A stretch of 64,000 nt of DNA from NCBI RefSeq assembly GCF_024700885.2, contig NZ_CP117016.1. One strand, 5' to 3'. This stretch comes from Escherichia coli. Its GTDB lineage: Bacteria; Pseudomonadota; Gammaproteobacteria; Enterobacterales; Enterobacteriaceae. Shown one piece after another: positions 39,291 through 51,618 of the stretch. Positions within the stretch are counted from its first letter, which is position 1, and each line of letters begins with the position of its first letter. The notes below the pieces were generated by a model. It was not told the DNA's origin, did no database searches, and worked only from the letters and a program-made list of their open reading frames with translations. The position numbers and the translations under genes were made by a program.

Positions 39291-39416
39291 ATGAATCTTT
39301 TAATGCGCGCTATATTCAGTCTGTTGTTGCTTTTTACTCTCTCTATTCCTGTCATTTCTGACTGTGTTGCAATGGCCATTGAAAGTCGCTTCAAATATAT
39401 GATGCTGCTTTTTTAA
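39291..39416 (+). CDS. yqfG: small hydrophobic protein, 41 aa (MNLLMRAIFSLLLLFTLSIPVISDCVAMAIESRFKYMMLLF)
   Basis: Not in the ORF track (<60 aa); GGAG about 6 nt upstream; K-12 has a small gene yqfG near idi (from memory). Confidence 0.45.
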   Translation: MNLLMRAIFSLLLLFTLSIPVISDCVAMAIESRFKYMMLLF

Positions 39417-39538
39417 ATGGTTTTTACCTGTCGACATCCGCTCAAAACGGGCGGTTGTCGATAAACGCTCACTTGGTTAATCATTTCACTCTTCAATTAT
39501 CTATAATGATGAGTGATTAGAATTACATGTGAGAAATT

Positions 39539-40087
39539 ATGCAAACGGAACACGTCATTTTATTGAATGCACAGGGAGTTCCCACGGGTACGCTGGAAAA
39601 GTATGCCGCACACACGGCAGACACTCTCTTACATCTCGCGTTCTCCAGTTGGCTGTTTAATGCCAAAGGGCAATTATTAGTTACCCGCCGCGCACTGAGC
39701 AAAAAAGCATGGCCTGGCGTGTGGACTAACTCGGTTTGTGGGCACCCACAACTGGGAGAAAGCAACGAAGACGCAGTGATCCGCCGTTGCCGTTATGAGC
39801 TTGGCGTGGAAATTACGCCTCCTGAATCTATCTATCCTGACTTTCGCTACCGCGCCACCGATCCGAATGGCATTGTGGAAAATGAAGTGTGTCCGGTATT
39901 TGCCGCACGCACGACCAGTGCGTTACAGATCAATGATGATGAAGTGATGGATTATCAATGGTGTGATTTAGCAGATGTATTACACGGTATTGATGCCACA
40001 CCGTGGGCGTTCAGTCCGTGGATGGTGATGCAGGCAGCCAATAGTGAAGCAAGAAAATTGTTGTCTGCTTTCGCGCAGCACAATTAA
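39539..40087 (+). CDS. idi: isopentenyl-diphosphate delta-isomerase
   Basis: 182-aa ORF of the Nudix-fold IPP isomerase type. Confidence 0.9.
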   Translation: MQTEHVILLNAQGVPTGTLEKYAAHTADTLLHLAFSSWLFNAKGQLLVTRRALSKKAWPGVWTNSVCGHPQLGESNEDAVIRRCRYELGVEITPPESIYPDFRYRATDPNGIVENEVCPVFAARTTSALQINDDEVMDYQWCDLADVLHGIDATPWAFSPWMVMQAANSEARKLLSAFAQHN

Positions 40088-40110
40088 AAAACCCCGACAT
40101 TTGCCGGGGT
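40086..40110 (-). terminator. rho-independent terminator of the prfB-lysS operon
   Basis: On the minus strand, ACCCCGGCAAATGTCGGGGT hairpin followed by TTTTTT. Confidence 0.65.
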
Positions 40111-40129
40111 TGTGAGCATAACGTAATGC

Positions 40130-41647
40130 TTATTTCACCGGACGCATCGCCGGGAACAGAATAACGTCGCGGATGGTATGGCTGTTGGTGAACAGCATTA
40201 CCATACGGTCGATACCAATTCCCAGACCTGCTGTCGGCGGTAAGCCATGTTCCAGTGCGGTGACATAATCTTCGTCGTAGAACATCGCTTCGTCGTCGCC
40301 TGCGTCTTTCGCGGCAACCTGATCCAGGAAGCGCTGCGCCTGATCTTCCGCGTCATTCAGCTCGCTAAAGCCGTTACCGATTTCACGACCACCAATGAAG
40401 AACTCAAAGCGGTCTGTGATTTCCGGGTTAACGTCGTTACGACGCGCCAGCGGAGAAACTTCTGCCGGATATTCAGTAATGAAGGTCGGCTGAATCAGAT
40501 GTGCTTCTGCCACTTCTTCGAAGATCTCGGTAACGATACGGCCCAGACCCCAGCTCTTCTCAACGTGGATACCGATAGATTCAGCAATCGCTTTCGCAGA
40601 GTCGAAGTTGTCCAGATCTGCCATGTCGGTTTCCGGGCGATATTTCTTGATCGCTTCACGCATGGTCAGTTTTTCGAACGGTTTACCGAAGTCCAGCGTC
40701 ACGTCGCCGTAGGTCACTTCCGTCTTACCGAGAATATCCTGTGCCAGAGTACGGAACAGCGATTCGGTCAGCTCGATCAGATCTTTGTAATCCGCGTAAG
40801 CCATATAGAGTTCCATCATGGTGAACTCTGGGTTATGACGTACGGAGATACCTTCGTTACGGAAGTTACGGTTGATTTCGAATACACGCTCGAAGCCACC
40901 GACCACCAGACGCTTGAGGTACAGTTCCGGCGCGATACGCAGGTACATGTCGAGATCCAGCGCATTATGGTGGGTGATAAACGGACGCGCAGCGGCACCG
41001 CCTGGGATCACCTGCATCATCGGCGTTTCAACTTCCATAAAGCCGCGGTTCACCATGAACTGGCGAATACCAGAGAGGATCTGCGAGCGCACTTTAAAAG
41101 TGTTGCGGGATTCATCGTTAGAGATGAGATCCAAATAACGCTGACGATAGCGCGCTTCCTGATCCTGCAAGCCGTGGAATTTGTCCGGCAGCGGACGCAG
41201 TGCTTTGGTCAGCAGACGCAGCTCGGTGCAGTGGATAGACAGTTCGCCAGTTTTGGTTTTGAACAGTTTACCTTTCGCGCCGAGGATGTCGCCGAGGTCC
41301 CATTTTTTGAACTGCTCGTTGTAAATGCCTTCCGGCAGATCGTCACGGGCAACGTACAGCTGAATGCGGCCCCCCACGTCCTGCAGGGTAACGAAAGACG
41401 CTTTACCCATAATACGACGGGTCATCATGCGGCCAGCAACGGCAACTTCGATGTTCAGCGCTTCCAGTTCTTCGTTCTCTTTACCGTCGAATTCTGCGTG
41501 CAATTGGTCAGAGGTATGATCGCGACGGAAATCGTTCGGGAAGGCAATCCCCTGCTCGCGCAGGTTCGCCAGCTTCTCACGACGCGTTTTCAGTTCATTG
41601 TTAAGATCGACTACCGCGTCAGCGCCCTGTGCGTGTTGTTCAGACAT
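40130..41647 (-). CDS. lysS: lysine--tRNA ligase (constitutive)
   Basis: 505-aa class II aminoacyl-tRNA synthetase; immediately downstream of prfB. Confidence 0.95.
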   Translation of the reverse strand: MSEQHAQGADAVVDLNNELKTRREKLANLREQGIAFPNDFRRDHTSDQLHAEFDGKENEELEALNIEVAVAGRMMTRRIMGKASFVTLQDVGGRIQLYVARDDLPEGIYNEQFKKWDLGDILGAKGKLFKTKTGELSIHCTELRLLTKALRPLPDKFHGLQDQEARYRQRYLDLISNDESRNTFKVRSQILSGIRQFMVNRGFMEVETPMMQVIPGGAAARPFITHHNALDLDMYLRIAPELYLKRLVVGGFERVFEINRNFRNEGISVRHNPEFTMMELYMAYADYKDLIELTESLFRTLAQDILGKTEVTYGDVTLDFGKPFEKLTMREAIKKYRPETDMADLDNFDSAKAIAESIGIHVEKSWGLGRIVTEIFEEVAEAHLIQPTFITEYPAEVSPLARRNDVNPEITDRFEFFIGGREIGNGFSELNDAEDQAQRFLDQVAAKDAGDDEAMFYDEDYVTALEHGLPPTAGLGIGIDRMVMLFTNSHTIRDVILFPAMRPVK

Positions 41648-41656
41648 GTTGGTTCC

Positions 41657-42755
41657 TCATAACCCTGCTTTCAAACTTGCTTCGATAAATTGATCCAGGC
41701 TGCCGTCCAGCACGGCCTGCGTGTTGCGGGTTTCTACCCCGGTACGCAGATCTTTAATGCGGGAGTCATCAAGGACATAAGAACGAATCTGGCTGCCCCA
41801 GCCGATATCAGATTTATTATCTTCCATCGCCTGTTTCTCGGCATTTTTCTTCTGCATCTCCAGTTCATAAAGCTTCGCTTTCATCTGCTTCATGGCCTGG
41901 TCTTTGTTCTTGTGCTGGGAACGGTCGTTCTGGCACTGGGTCACGATCCCGGTCGGGATGTGGGTAATACGCACCGCAGATTCGGTACGGTTAACGTGCT
42001 GACCGCCCGCGCCGGACGCGCGATAAACGTCGATGCGCAGATCCGCCGGGTTGATTTCGATATCAATATCGTCATCAACTTCCGGGTAAACAAACGCGGA
42101 GCTGAACGACGTGTGGCGACGACCGCCGGAGTCAAACGGGCTCTTACGCACCAGGCGGTGAACGCCAGTTTCTGTACGCAGCCAGCCGTAAGCGTAATCG
42201 CCGGAGATTTTGATCGTCACGGATTTAATACCCGCCACTTCACCTTCCGACTCTTCGATGATTTCAGTTTTGAAACCACGCGATTCTGCCCAGCGCAGAT
42301 ACATACGCTCAAGCATGCTCGCCCAGTCCTGTGCTTCCGTACCACCAGACCCCGCCTGAATATCGAGGTAGCAGTCGGCGCTGTCATATTCGCCAGAGAA
42401 CATACGGCGGAACTCAAGCTGCGCCAGTTTTTCTTCCAGAGCGTCGAGTTCAGCAACGGCTTCGTTAAAGGTTTCTTCGTCGTCAGCTTCTACAGCCAGT
42501 TCCAGCAGACCAGAAACATCTTCCAGCCCCTGTTTCATTTGGTCAAGGGTGTCGACAACGGCTTCGAGGGAGGAACGCTCTTTACCCAGCGCCTGTGCGC
42601 GTTCGGGTTCGTTCCAGACATCCGGCTGTTCCAGCTCGGCGTTTACTTCTTCCAGACGCTCTTTCTTGGCGTCATAGTCAAAGATACCCCCTAAGAACGT
42701 CGGAGCGTTCCGTGAGGTCCTGAATGCGATTATTTACCGGATTAATTTCAAACAT
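41657..42755 (-). CDS. prfB: peptide chain release factor 2, requiring a programmed +1 ribosomal frameshift
   Basis: N-terminal [12 protein letters not shown]... starts at 42755; frameshift site CTT TGA C at 42677-42683 (minus strand) preceded by the internal Shine-Dalgarno AGGGGG; downstream frame is the 41657..42538 ORF. Confidence 0.95.
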
Positions 42756-42845
42756 GGTCTGATTTCTTTTCTTGAGCTAGTCAAAATGCGGTGATAAGAG
42801 CGGGATTGTACCCAATCCACGCTCTTTTTTATAGAGAAGATGACG

Positions 42846-44579
42846 CTAAATTGGCCAGATATTGTCGATGATAATTTGCAGGCTGCGATTGCCGCGAAAC
42901 TCGTTGATATCAAGCTTATAAGCCAGTTGCACTTCGCGCACGCCGTTATCCGGCCAAAGGGCGGTATCAACGTTAAAGGCAATGCCGTCCAGCAGCGGGC
43001 CGCCGCCGACCGGTTCAACCATGACCTTCAAATGGCGTTCGCCTACCAGTCGTTGTTGCAGAAGGCGGAAATGACCGTCAAACAGCGGCTCCGGGAACAT
43101 CTGCCCCCACGGGCCAGCATCGCGCAGCAGCTGCGCTACTTCCATGGTCATTTCGGCCGGGCTTAACGGGCCGTCTGACACCACTTCGCCTTGCAATAGT
43201 GAAGGATCCAGCCACTCAGTAACCAGTTCGCCAAACCGTTGTTGAAAGAGTTCGAATTTATCCTCTTCCAGCGACAAACCAGCCGCCATCGCATGACCGC
43301 CAAACTTGAGCATCATGCCAGGGTAGAGCATGTCTAACCGCTCCAGCGCATCACGCATATGCAGCCCCTGAATGGAGCGACCGGAACCTTTCAGCGTACC
43401 ATCACCTGCTGGCGCAAAGGCGATAACCGGACGATGAAAACGCTCTTTGATGCGCGAAGCCAGAATGCCGACCACGCCCTGATGCCATTCGGGGTGATAC
43501 ATTGCCAGCCCACCGGGTAGCGTGTCGCGGCTGCGCTCCAGTTTCTCGCACAGGGTCAGGGCTTCAATCTGCATTCCCTGTTCGATCTCTTTTCGCGTCT
43601 GGTTTAGCGCATCGAGTTCATTTGCCAGCACGCGCGCTTCGCCGATGTTGTCGCACAGCAACAGCGCCACACCAACGGACATATCATCCAGTCGCCCGGC
43701 GGCATTGAGACGCGGCCCCAGCGCAAAACCTAAATCGCTGGCGGCGAGTTTTTGCGCATCGCGATTGGCCACTTCCAGCAGCGCTTTAATCCCCGGACGG
43801 CACTTCCCGGCGCGGATGCGGCTCATCCCCTGCCAGGTCAGAATACGGTTATTAGCGTCCAGCGGCACCACGTCTGCCACTGTCCCCAACGCCACCAGAT
43901 CCAGCAGTTCTGCCAGATTAGGAATTGCGATGCCGCGCTCATCAAACCAGCCCTGATCGCGCAAAAAGGTGCGCAGAGCCAGCATCAGATAAAACGCCAC
44001 ACCCACGCCTGCCAGTGATTTCGACGGGAAATTACAGTCGCGCAAGTTAGGGTTAATGATCGCTTCCGCTGCGGGTAATGTGTCGCCCGGCAAATGGTGA
44101 TCGGTAACAATAACCGGAATGCCCAACGAACGAGCGTGTTCAACCCCCGCATGGGAGGAAATACCGTTATCCACCGTGACAATTAACTGCGCGCCACGGG
44201 CATGGGCCTGATCGACTACTTCCGGGCTTAAGCCGTAACCGTCTTCGAAACGGTTTGGTACCAGGTAGTCGATATTGCTGCAACCAAGCGAGCGCATCGC
44301 CAGCACGCTTAGAGCCGTGCTGGTCGCGCCGTCGGCGTCGAAATCACCGACCACAATAATCCGCGTTCCTTCGCGAAAAGCGTTGTAAAGGATCTCAACG
44401 GCCTTTTCGACGCCGCTCAGTTGCTGCCAGGGCAGCATACCTTTAACACTGCGTTCCAGTTCATGCGCACTGCGTACTCCCCGGCTGGCGTATAAACGGC
44501 GCAGCAAGGGAGGCAATTCCGCGGGCAAGTCTGCCGTTTCATCGACTTCACGGCGACGAAGTTGTATCTGTTGTTTCAC
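42846..44579 (-). CDS. recJ: single-stranded-DNA-specific 5'-3' exonuclease
   Basis: 577-aa ORF with DHH motif (VTDHH). Confidence 0.95.
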   Translation of the reverse strand: MKQQIQLRRREVDETADLPAELPPLLRRLYASRGVRSAHELERSVKGMLPWQQLSGVEKAVEILYNAFREGTRIIVVGDFDADGATSTALSVLAMRSLGCSNIDYLVPNRFEDGYGLSPEVVDQAHARGAQLIVTVDNGISSHAGVEHARSLGIPVIVTDHHLPGDTLPAAEAIINPNLRDCNFPSKSLAGVGVAFYLMLALRTFLRDQGWFDERGIAIPNLAELLDLVALGTVADVVPLDANNRILTWQGMSRIRAGKCRPGIKALLEVANRDAQKLAASDLGFALGPRLNAAGRLDDMSVGVALLLCDNIGEARVLANELDALNQTRKEIEQGMQIEALTLCEKLERSRDTLPGGLAMYHPEWHQGVVGILASRIKERFHRPVIAFAPAGDGTLKGSGRSIQGLHMRDALERLDMLYPGMMLKFGGHAMAAGLSLEEDKFELFQQRFGELVTEWLDPSLLQGEVVSDGPLSPAEMTMEVAQLLRDAGPWGQMFPEPLFDGHFRLLQQRLVGERHLKVMVEPVGGGPLLDGIAFNVDTALWPDNGVREVQLAYKLDINEFRGNRSLQIIIDNIWPI

Positions 44580-44584
44580 GCGAA

Positions 44585-45295
44585 TTATTTACCGCTGGTC
44601 ATTTTTTGGTGTTCGTCGAGGAATTCTTTCATGTCTTTCGGCGGCTGGTAACCCGGAACAAGTGTGCCATTGCTCAGCACAACTGCTGGAGTACCGCTAA
44701 CGCCAAGCTGGACGCCAAGTGCGTAATGGTCGGCAATATCCACGTCGCAGCTGGCTGGTGCGACGCTTTTACCTGCCATCACATCATCAAACGCTTTGTT
44801 TTTATCTTTCGCACACCAGATAGCTTTCATTTCTTTCTCTGCATCGCTATCCAGCCCCTGGCGCGGGAAAGCAAGATAACGCACGGTGATCCCCAGCGCG
44901 TTATAGTCTGCCATTTGCTCATGCAGTTTGTGGCAGTAACCACAGGTAATATCAGTAAACACGGTGATGACGTGTTTTTCCTGCGGCGCTTTATAAACGA
45001 TCATCTCTTTTTCAAGCGCATTCAACTGCTTTAACAGCATCTTATTGGTGACATTGACCGGAGCCGTGCCACTAACGTCATACATTGGCCCCTGAATGAT
45101 ATGTTTACCATCATCGGTGATGTACAACACACCGCTGTTAGTCAGAACTGTCTTCATGCCAGCTACGGGCGCGGGCTGAATATCGCTGCTTTTGATGCCC
45201 ATTTTGGCTAACGTTTGTTGAATTGCCGCGTCATCAGCCTGAGCAAAGCCTGAAAACGCCGCCAACAAAGTAAACAACATAAAACCTTTCTTCAT
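44585..45295 (-). CDS. dsbC: periplasmic disulfide bond isomerase
   Basis: 236-aa ORF with signal peptide and CGYC active site. Confidence 0.95.
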   Translation of the reverse strand: MKKGFMLFTLLAAFSGFAQADDAAIQQTLAKMGIKSSDIQPAPVAGMKTVLTNSGVLYITDDGKHIIQGPMYDVSGTAPVNVTNKMLLKQLNALEKEMIVYKAPQEKHVITVFTDITCGYCHKLHEQMADYNALGITVRYLAFPRQGLDSDAEKEMKAIWCAKDKNKAFDDVMAGKSVAPASCDVDIADHYALGVQLGVSGTPAVVLSNGTLVPGYQPPKDMKEFLDEHQKMTSGK

Positions 45296-45319
45296 AAATC
45301 TTCCCGTTCTTTTCAGACA

Positions 45320-46216
45320 TCACGCCCGCGGGTGATGCTGTTGATGAAGTTGCCGCAGACGCTCGGTAGCGACATGCGTATAAATTTGCGTGGTGGAGAG
45401 ATCGCTGTGGCCCAGTAGCATCTGCACCACGCGTAAATCCGCACCATGATTTAATAAGTGAGTGGCAAAAGCGTGACGCAACACATGCGGTGACAGCTTT
45501 TCGCTGTCGATACCCGCCAGCACGGCATAATGTTTAATGCGGTGCCAGAAGGTCTGTCGCGTCATCTGCTGCGCACGCTGGCTGGGAAACAACACGTCAA
45601 TTGACACACCATTCAGCAGCCACGGACGCCCATGTTCCAGATAGGTTTCCAGCCAGTAAACCGCCTCTTCACCTAACGGCACCAGGCGCTCTTTGTTGCC
45701 TTTACCAATGACCCGCACTACGCCCTGACGCAGGCTGATATCACTCATTGTCAGCCCGACCAGTTCAGAGACACGCAGTCCGGTAGCATACAACACTTCA
45801 AGCATGGCTTTATCGCGTAGCTCCAGTGGCTGATCAATTAATGGTGCCTGCAATAAACGTTCGACCTGCGCTTCGCTTAAATCTTTTGGCAAACGCTGGG
45901 GCAATTTCGGTGAAGCGAGATGCGCACTGGGATCGTCTTCACGAAACTTTTCGCGATAAAGATACTGGAACAATCGGCGCACTGCACTCAGCAAACGCGC
46001 TGAGCTGGTGGCTTTATACCCGCCCTCCAGCCTTTCTGCCAGTAATGCCTGCAAATCGTCACTTTGCGCCGTCGCCAGCGTCAACCCGCGGTGATGCAAC
46101 CACTCCACCATCATTGACAGATCGCGACGGTATGCGTTCAACGTATTTTCAGCCAGATTTTTTTCCAGCCACAGAGCATCAAGAAACTGCTCGATGCGTG
46201 CCAGATCCTGTTTCAC
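45320..46216 (-). CDS. xerD: site-specific tyrosine recombinase
   Basis: 298-aa ORF with tyrosine-recombinase R..HxxR..Y residues. Confidence 0.95.
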   Translation of the reverse strand: MKQDLARIEQFLDALWLEKNLAENTLNAYRRDLSMMVEWLHHRGLTLATAQSDDLQALLAERLEGGYKATSSARLLSAVRRLFQYLYREKFREDDPSAHLASPKLPQRLPKDLSEAQVERLLQAPLIDQPLELRDKAMLEVLYATGLRVSELVGLTMSDISLRQGVVRVIGKGNKERLVPLGEEAVYWLETYLEHGRPWLLNGVSIDVLFPSQRAQQMTRQTFWHRIKHYAVLAGIDSEKLSPHVLRHAFATHLLNHGADLRVVQMLLGHSDLSTTQIYTHVATERLRQLHQQHHPRA

Positions 46217-46327
46217 TTGCGCCCCTTATGGTCACTCATTTGATCCATTATGCCTTATTGTGCCGTGACTAAAGCGATTCTGATACACTAGCCGCAAAAG
46301 CCACAGCAGAATCGAGAAGCTTACGTT

Positions 46328-46849
46328 ATGAATATGGGTCTTTTTTACGGTTCCAGCACCTGTTACACCGAAATGGCGGCAGAAAAAATCCGCGATATTA
46401 TCGGCCCAGAACTGGTGACCTTACATAACCTCAAGGACGACTCCCCGAAATTAATGGAGCAGTACGATGTGCTCATTCTGGGTATCCCGACCTGGGATTT
46501 TGGTGAAATCCAGGAAGACTGGGAAGCCGTCTGGGATCAGCTCGACGACCTGAACCTCGAAGGTAAAATTGTTGCGCTGTATGGGCTTGGCGATCAACTG
46601 GGATACGGCGAGTGGTTCCTCGATGCGCTCGGTATGCTGCATGACAAGCTCTCGACCAAAGGCGTGAAGTTCGTCGGCTACTGGCCAACGGAAGGATATG
46701 AGTTTACCAGCCCGAAACCGGTGATTGCTGACGGGCAACTGTTCGTGGGTCTGGCGCTGGACGAAACTAACCAATATGACCTTAGCGACGAGCGTATTCA
46801 GAACTGGTGCGAGCAAATCCTCAACGAAATGGCAGAGCATTACGCCTGA
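46328..46849 (+). CDS. fldB: flavodoxin 2
   Basis: 173-aa long-chain flavodoxin. Confidence 0.9.
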   Translation: MNMGLFYGSSTCYTEMAAEKIRDIIGPELVTLHNLKDDSPKLMEQYDVLILGIPTWDFGEIQEDWEAVWDQLDDLNLEGKIVALYGLGDQLGYGEWFLDALGMLHDKLSTKGVKFVGYWPTEGYEFTSPKPVIADGQLFVGLALDETNQYDLSDERIQNWCEQILNEMAEHYA

Positions 46850-46888
46850 TGTCACTGACGGCTTAGCGCATATGCTTTGCCGTCATCT

Positions 46889-47555
<667 letters not shown>

Positions 47556-47785
47556 TCACGAAAGTCCAGTACCCCGCTATTGTAACGTGTTTTTCGACTT
47601 CTTTTGCGGGAATATCAGTAAACACAATCGCGATCGCGAAATTAATTCACAACAATTCAAGGGCTTCATTTTTTTGGAAGTCGCCTCGCAGAAGGCACAG
47701 ATCGCGTAGTGAAAGCACTTGCATTGCCTCATAGCTCTTTTACCATTAGTCATTAATACGCCGTTAAGCAACTCAGGACTCTATT

Positions 47786-48766
47786 ATGGCTTTTACACCT
47801 TTTCCTCCCCGTCAGCCTACGGCTTCTGCCCGTTTGCCACTGACGCTGATGACGCTTGATGACTGGGCGCTTGCCACCATTACTGGCGCGGACAGCGAAA
47901 AATATATGCAGGGTCAAGTGACAGCAGATGTCAGCCAGATGACAGAAGATCAGCACCTGCTCGCCGCCCATTGCGACGCCAAAGGCAAAATGTGGAGCAA
48001 CTTACGTCTGTTCCGCGACGGCGATGGCTTTGCATGGATTGAACGGCGCAGCGTGCGTGAACCGCAGCTGACTGAACTGAAAAAATATGCGGTGTTCTCT
48101 AAAGTGACAATCGCGCCAGACGACGAGCGTGTGCTGCTTGGTGTTGCCGGTTTTCAGGCGCGCGCCGCGCTGGCAAATCTCTTTAGTGAACTGCCTTCGA
48201 AAGAAAAACAGGTAGTTAAAGAAGGCGCGACCACTTTGCTATGGTTTGAACACCCGGCAGAACGTTTCCTGATCGTAACCGATGAAGCCACTGCCAATAT
48301 GCTGACCGATAAACTGCGCGGTGAAGCGGAACTGAACAATAGCCAACAGTGGCTGGCATTAAACATTGAAGCGGGTTTCCCGGTGATTGATGCCGCCAAC
48401 AGCGGGCAGTTTATCCCACAGGCGACCAACCTCCAGGCGCTGGGCGGCATTAGCTTTAAAAAAGGCTGCTATACCGGACAAGAGATGGTGGCGCGAGCTA
48501 AATTCCGTGGTGCCAACAAACGCGCGCTCTGGTTGCTGACAGGTAGTGCCAGCCGACTGCCGGAAGCTGGTGAAGACTTAGAGCTGAAAATGGGCGAGAA
48601 CTGGCGTCGTACCGGTACGGTGCTGGCTGCGGTCAAACTGGAAGATGGTCAGGTCGTGGTACAGGTCGTCATGAATAACGATATGGAACCGGACAGCATC
48701 TTCCGCGTGCGTGACGATGCGAATACATTGCGTATCGAGCCGCTGCCGTATTCGCTCGAAGAGTAA
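47786..48766 (+). CDS. ygfZ: tRNA-modifying protein YgfZ (folate-binding)
   Basis: 326-aa ORF with C-terminal KGCYTGQE motif. Confidence 0.9.
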   Translation: MAFTPFPPRQPTASARLPLTLMTLDDWALATITGADSEKYMQGQVTADVSQMTEDQHLLAAHCDAKGKMWSNLRLFRDGDGFAWIERRSVREPQLTELKKYAVFSKVTIAPDDERVLLGVAGFQARAALANLFSELPSKEKQVVKEGATTLLWFEHPAERFLIVTDEATANMLTDKLRGEAELNNSQQWLALNIEAGFPVIDAANSGQFIPQATNLQALGGISFKKGCYTGQEMVARAKFRGANKRALWLLTGSASRLPEAGEDLELKMGENWRRTGTVLAAVKLEDGQVVVQVVMNNDMEPDSIFRVRDDANTLRIEPLPYSLEE

Positions 48767-48774
48767 ATCTCTGT

Positions 48775-48805
48775 GTCGCATCAGGCATTTATCGCCTGAT
48801 GCGAC
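48775..48805. repeat. REP (repetitive extragenic palindrome) element
   Basis: GTCGCATCAGGCATTTATCGCCTGATGCGAC palindrome between convergent ygfZ and yqfA. Confidence 0.7.
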
Positions 48806-48842
48806 GCGGGTGTGTCTTTTCAGGCCTACAAAGGCACACCCA

Positions 48843-49505
<663 letters not shown>

Positions 49506-49665
49506 TTACTCCGGAGAAACGTACACGCACATGTATACCTCTCCAGCGTAACTGAGAATAGTTCCAGTGAACACCTGTTAGCTAAAATAAATTCTGATTT
49601 GGGACTAATCTCCTAAAAATCATGAAATTAAATGCAAAATTTCAACTAACAGGCGTGAGTTCAAT

Positions 49666-49977
49666 TTAAAGGCATTTAAATTCAATCACATAAAACTGTA
49701 TCTGGCCGGGATAGATGTCGGCAATGACCTTTTTCAGTTCTGGCAGGGTCATATTCTCCTGCCCTGCATGTTTTTCCGTCAGCGTATCCAGCGTTACGGT
49801 TGAGGTTGCAGTGACTTCAATCGTGCAAAAATAACCGTCATCTTCAAAACGTCCGACACGAAGCACATCACCCGTTTTGAAGTGCGATTCAGACTCGTCG
49901 CGGATGGTGATGGTTTTACGCCCAGCCAGAATGTCATCCTGGAAACGTTGAAAAAAAGTGATGTCGTTTGGCTGCAT
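49666..49977 (-). CDS. yqfB: ASCH-domain protein
   Basis: 103-aa ORF. Confidence 0.8.
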   Translation of the reverse strand: MQPNDITFFQRFQDDILAGRKTITIRDESESHFKTGDVLRVGRFEDDGYFCTIEVTATSTVTLDTLTEKHAGQENMTLPELKKVIADIYPGQIQFYVIEFKCL

Positions 49978-49994
49978 GGTACTATTTCCTGTAA

Positions 49995-51455
<1,461 letters not shown>

Positions 51456-51466
51456 TTACCCGATGT

Positions 51467-51491
51467 GCCTGATGCGCCCCGCTCATCAGGC
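51467..51491. repeat. REP-like imperfect palindrome
   Basis: GCCTGATGCGCCCCGCTCATCAGGC. Confidence 0.5.
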
Positions 51492-51574
51492 CTGGCGCTC
51501 CTGTCATATATTGAACTCCAGGAGTTTATATTTACGCTTCATCCGACACACAAAGCGCACTTTATTAACAAGCT

Positions 51575-51597
51575 AAAAAGGCGCCGAAGCGCCTTTA
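51575..51597 (-). terminator. rho-independent terminator of gcvTHP
   Basis: On the minus strand, AAAGGCGCTTCGGCGCCTTTTT. Confidence 0.7.
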
Positions 51598-51618
51598 GAA
51601 GATAGTCGAATCAGTGAA

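Noticed and set aside
40247-41662. Large antisense ORFs inside lysS (40247..41662), bglA (50250..51365), gcvP (52477..53607), pepP (59227..59931) and prfB (41690..42694)
   Set aside because: These are shadow ORFs on the opposite strand of well-supported genes, with no ribosome-binding sites or recognisable motifs.
42734-43018. 94-aa minus-strand ORF upstream of prfB
   Set aside because: It overlaps the prfB N-terminal coding region and promoter in another frame and has low-complexity composition; the real feature here is the frameshifted prfB 5' segment.
45320-46216. Tyrosine recombinase as a possible phage or island integrase
   Set aside because: It is the chromosomal dimer-resolution recombinase xerD in its usual recJ-dsbC-xerD context, with no adjacent att site or phage genes.
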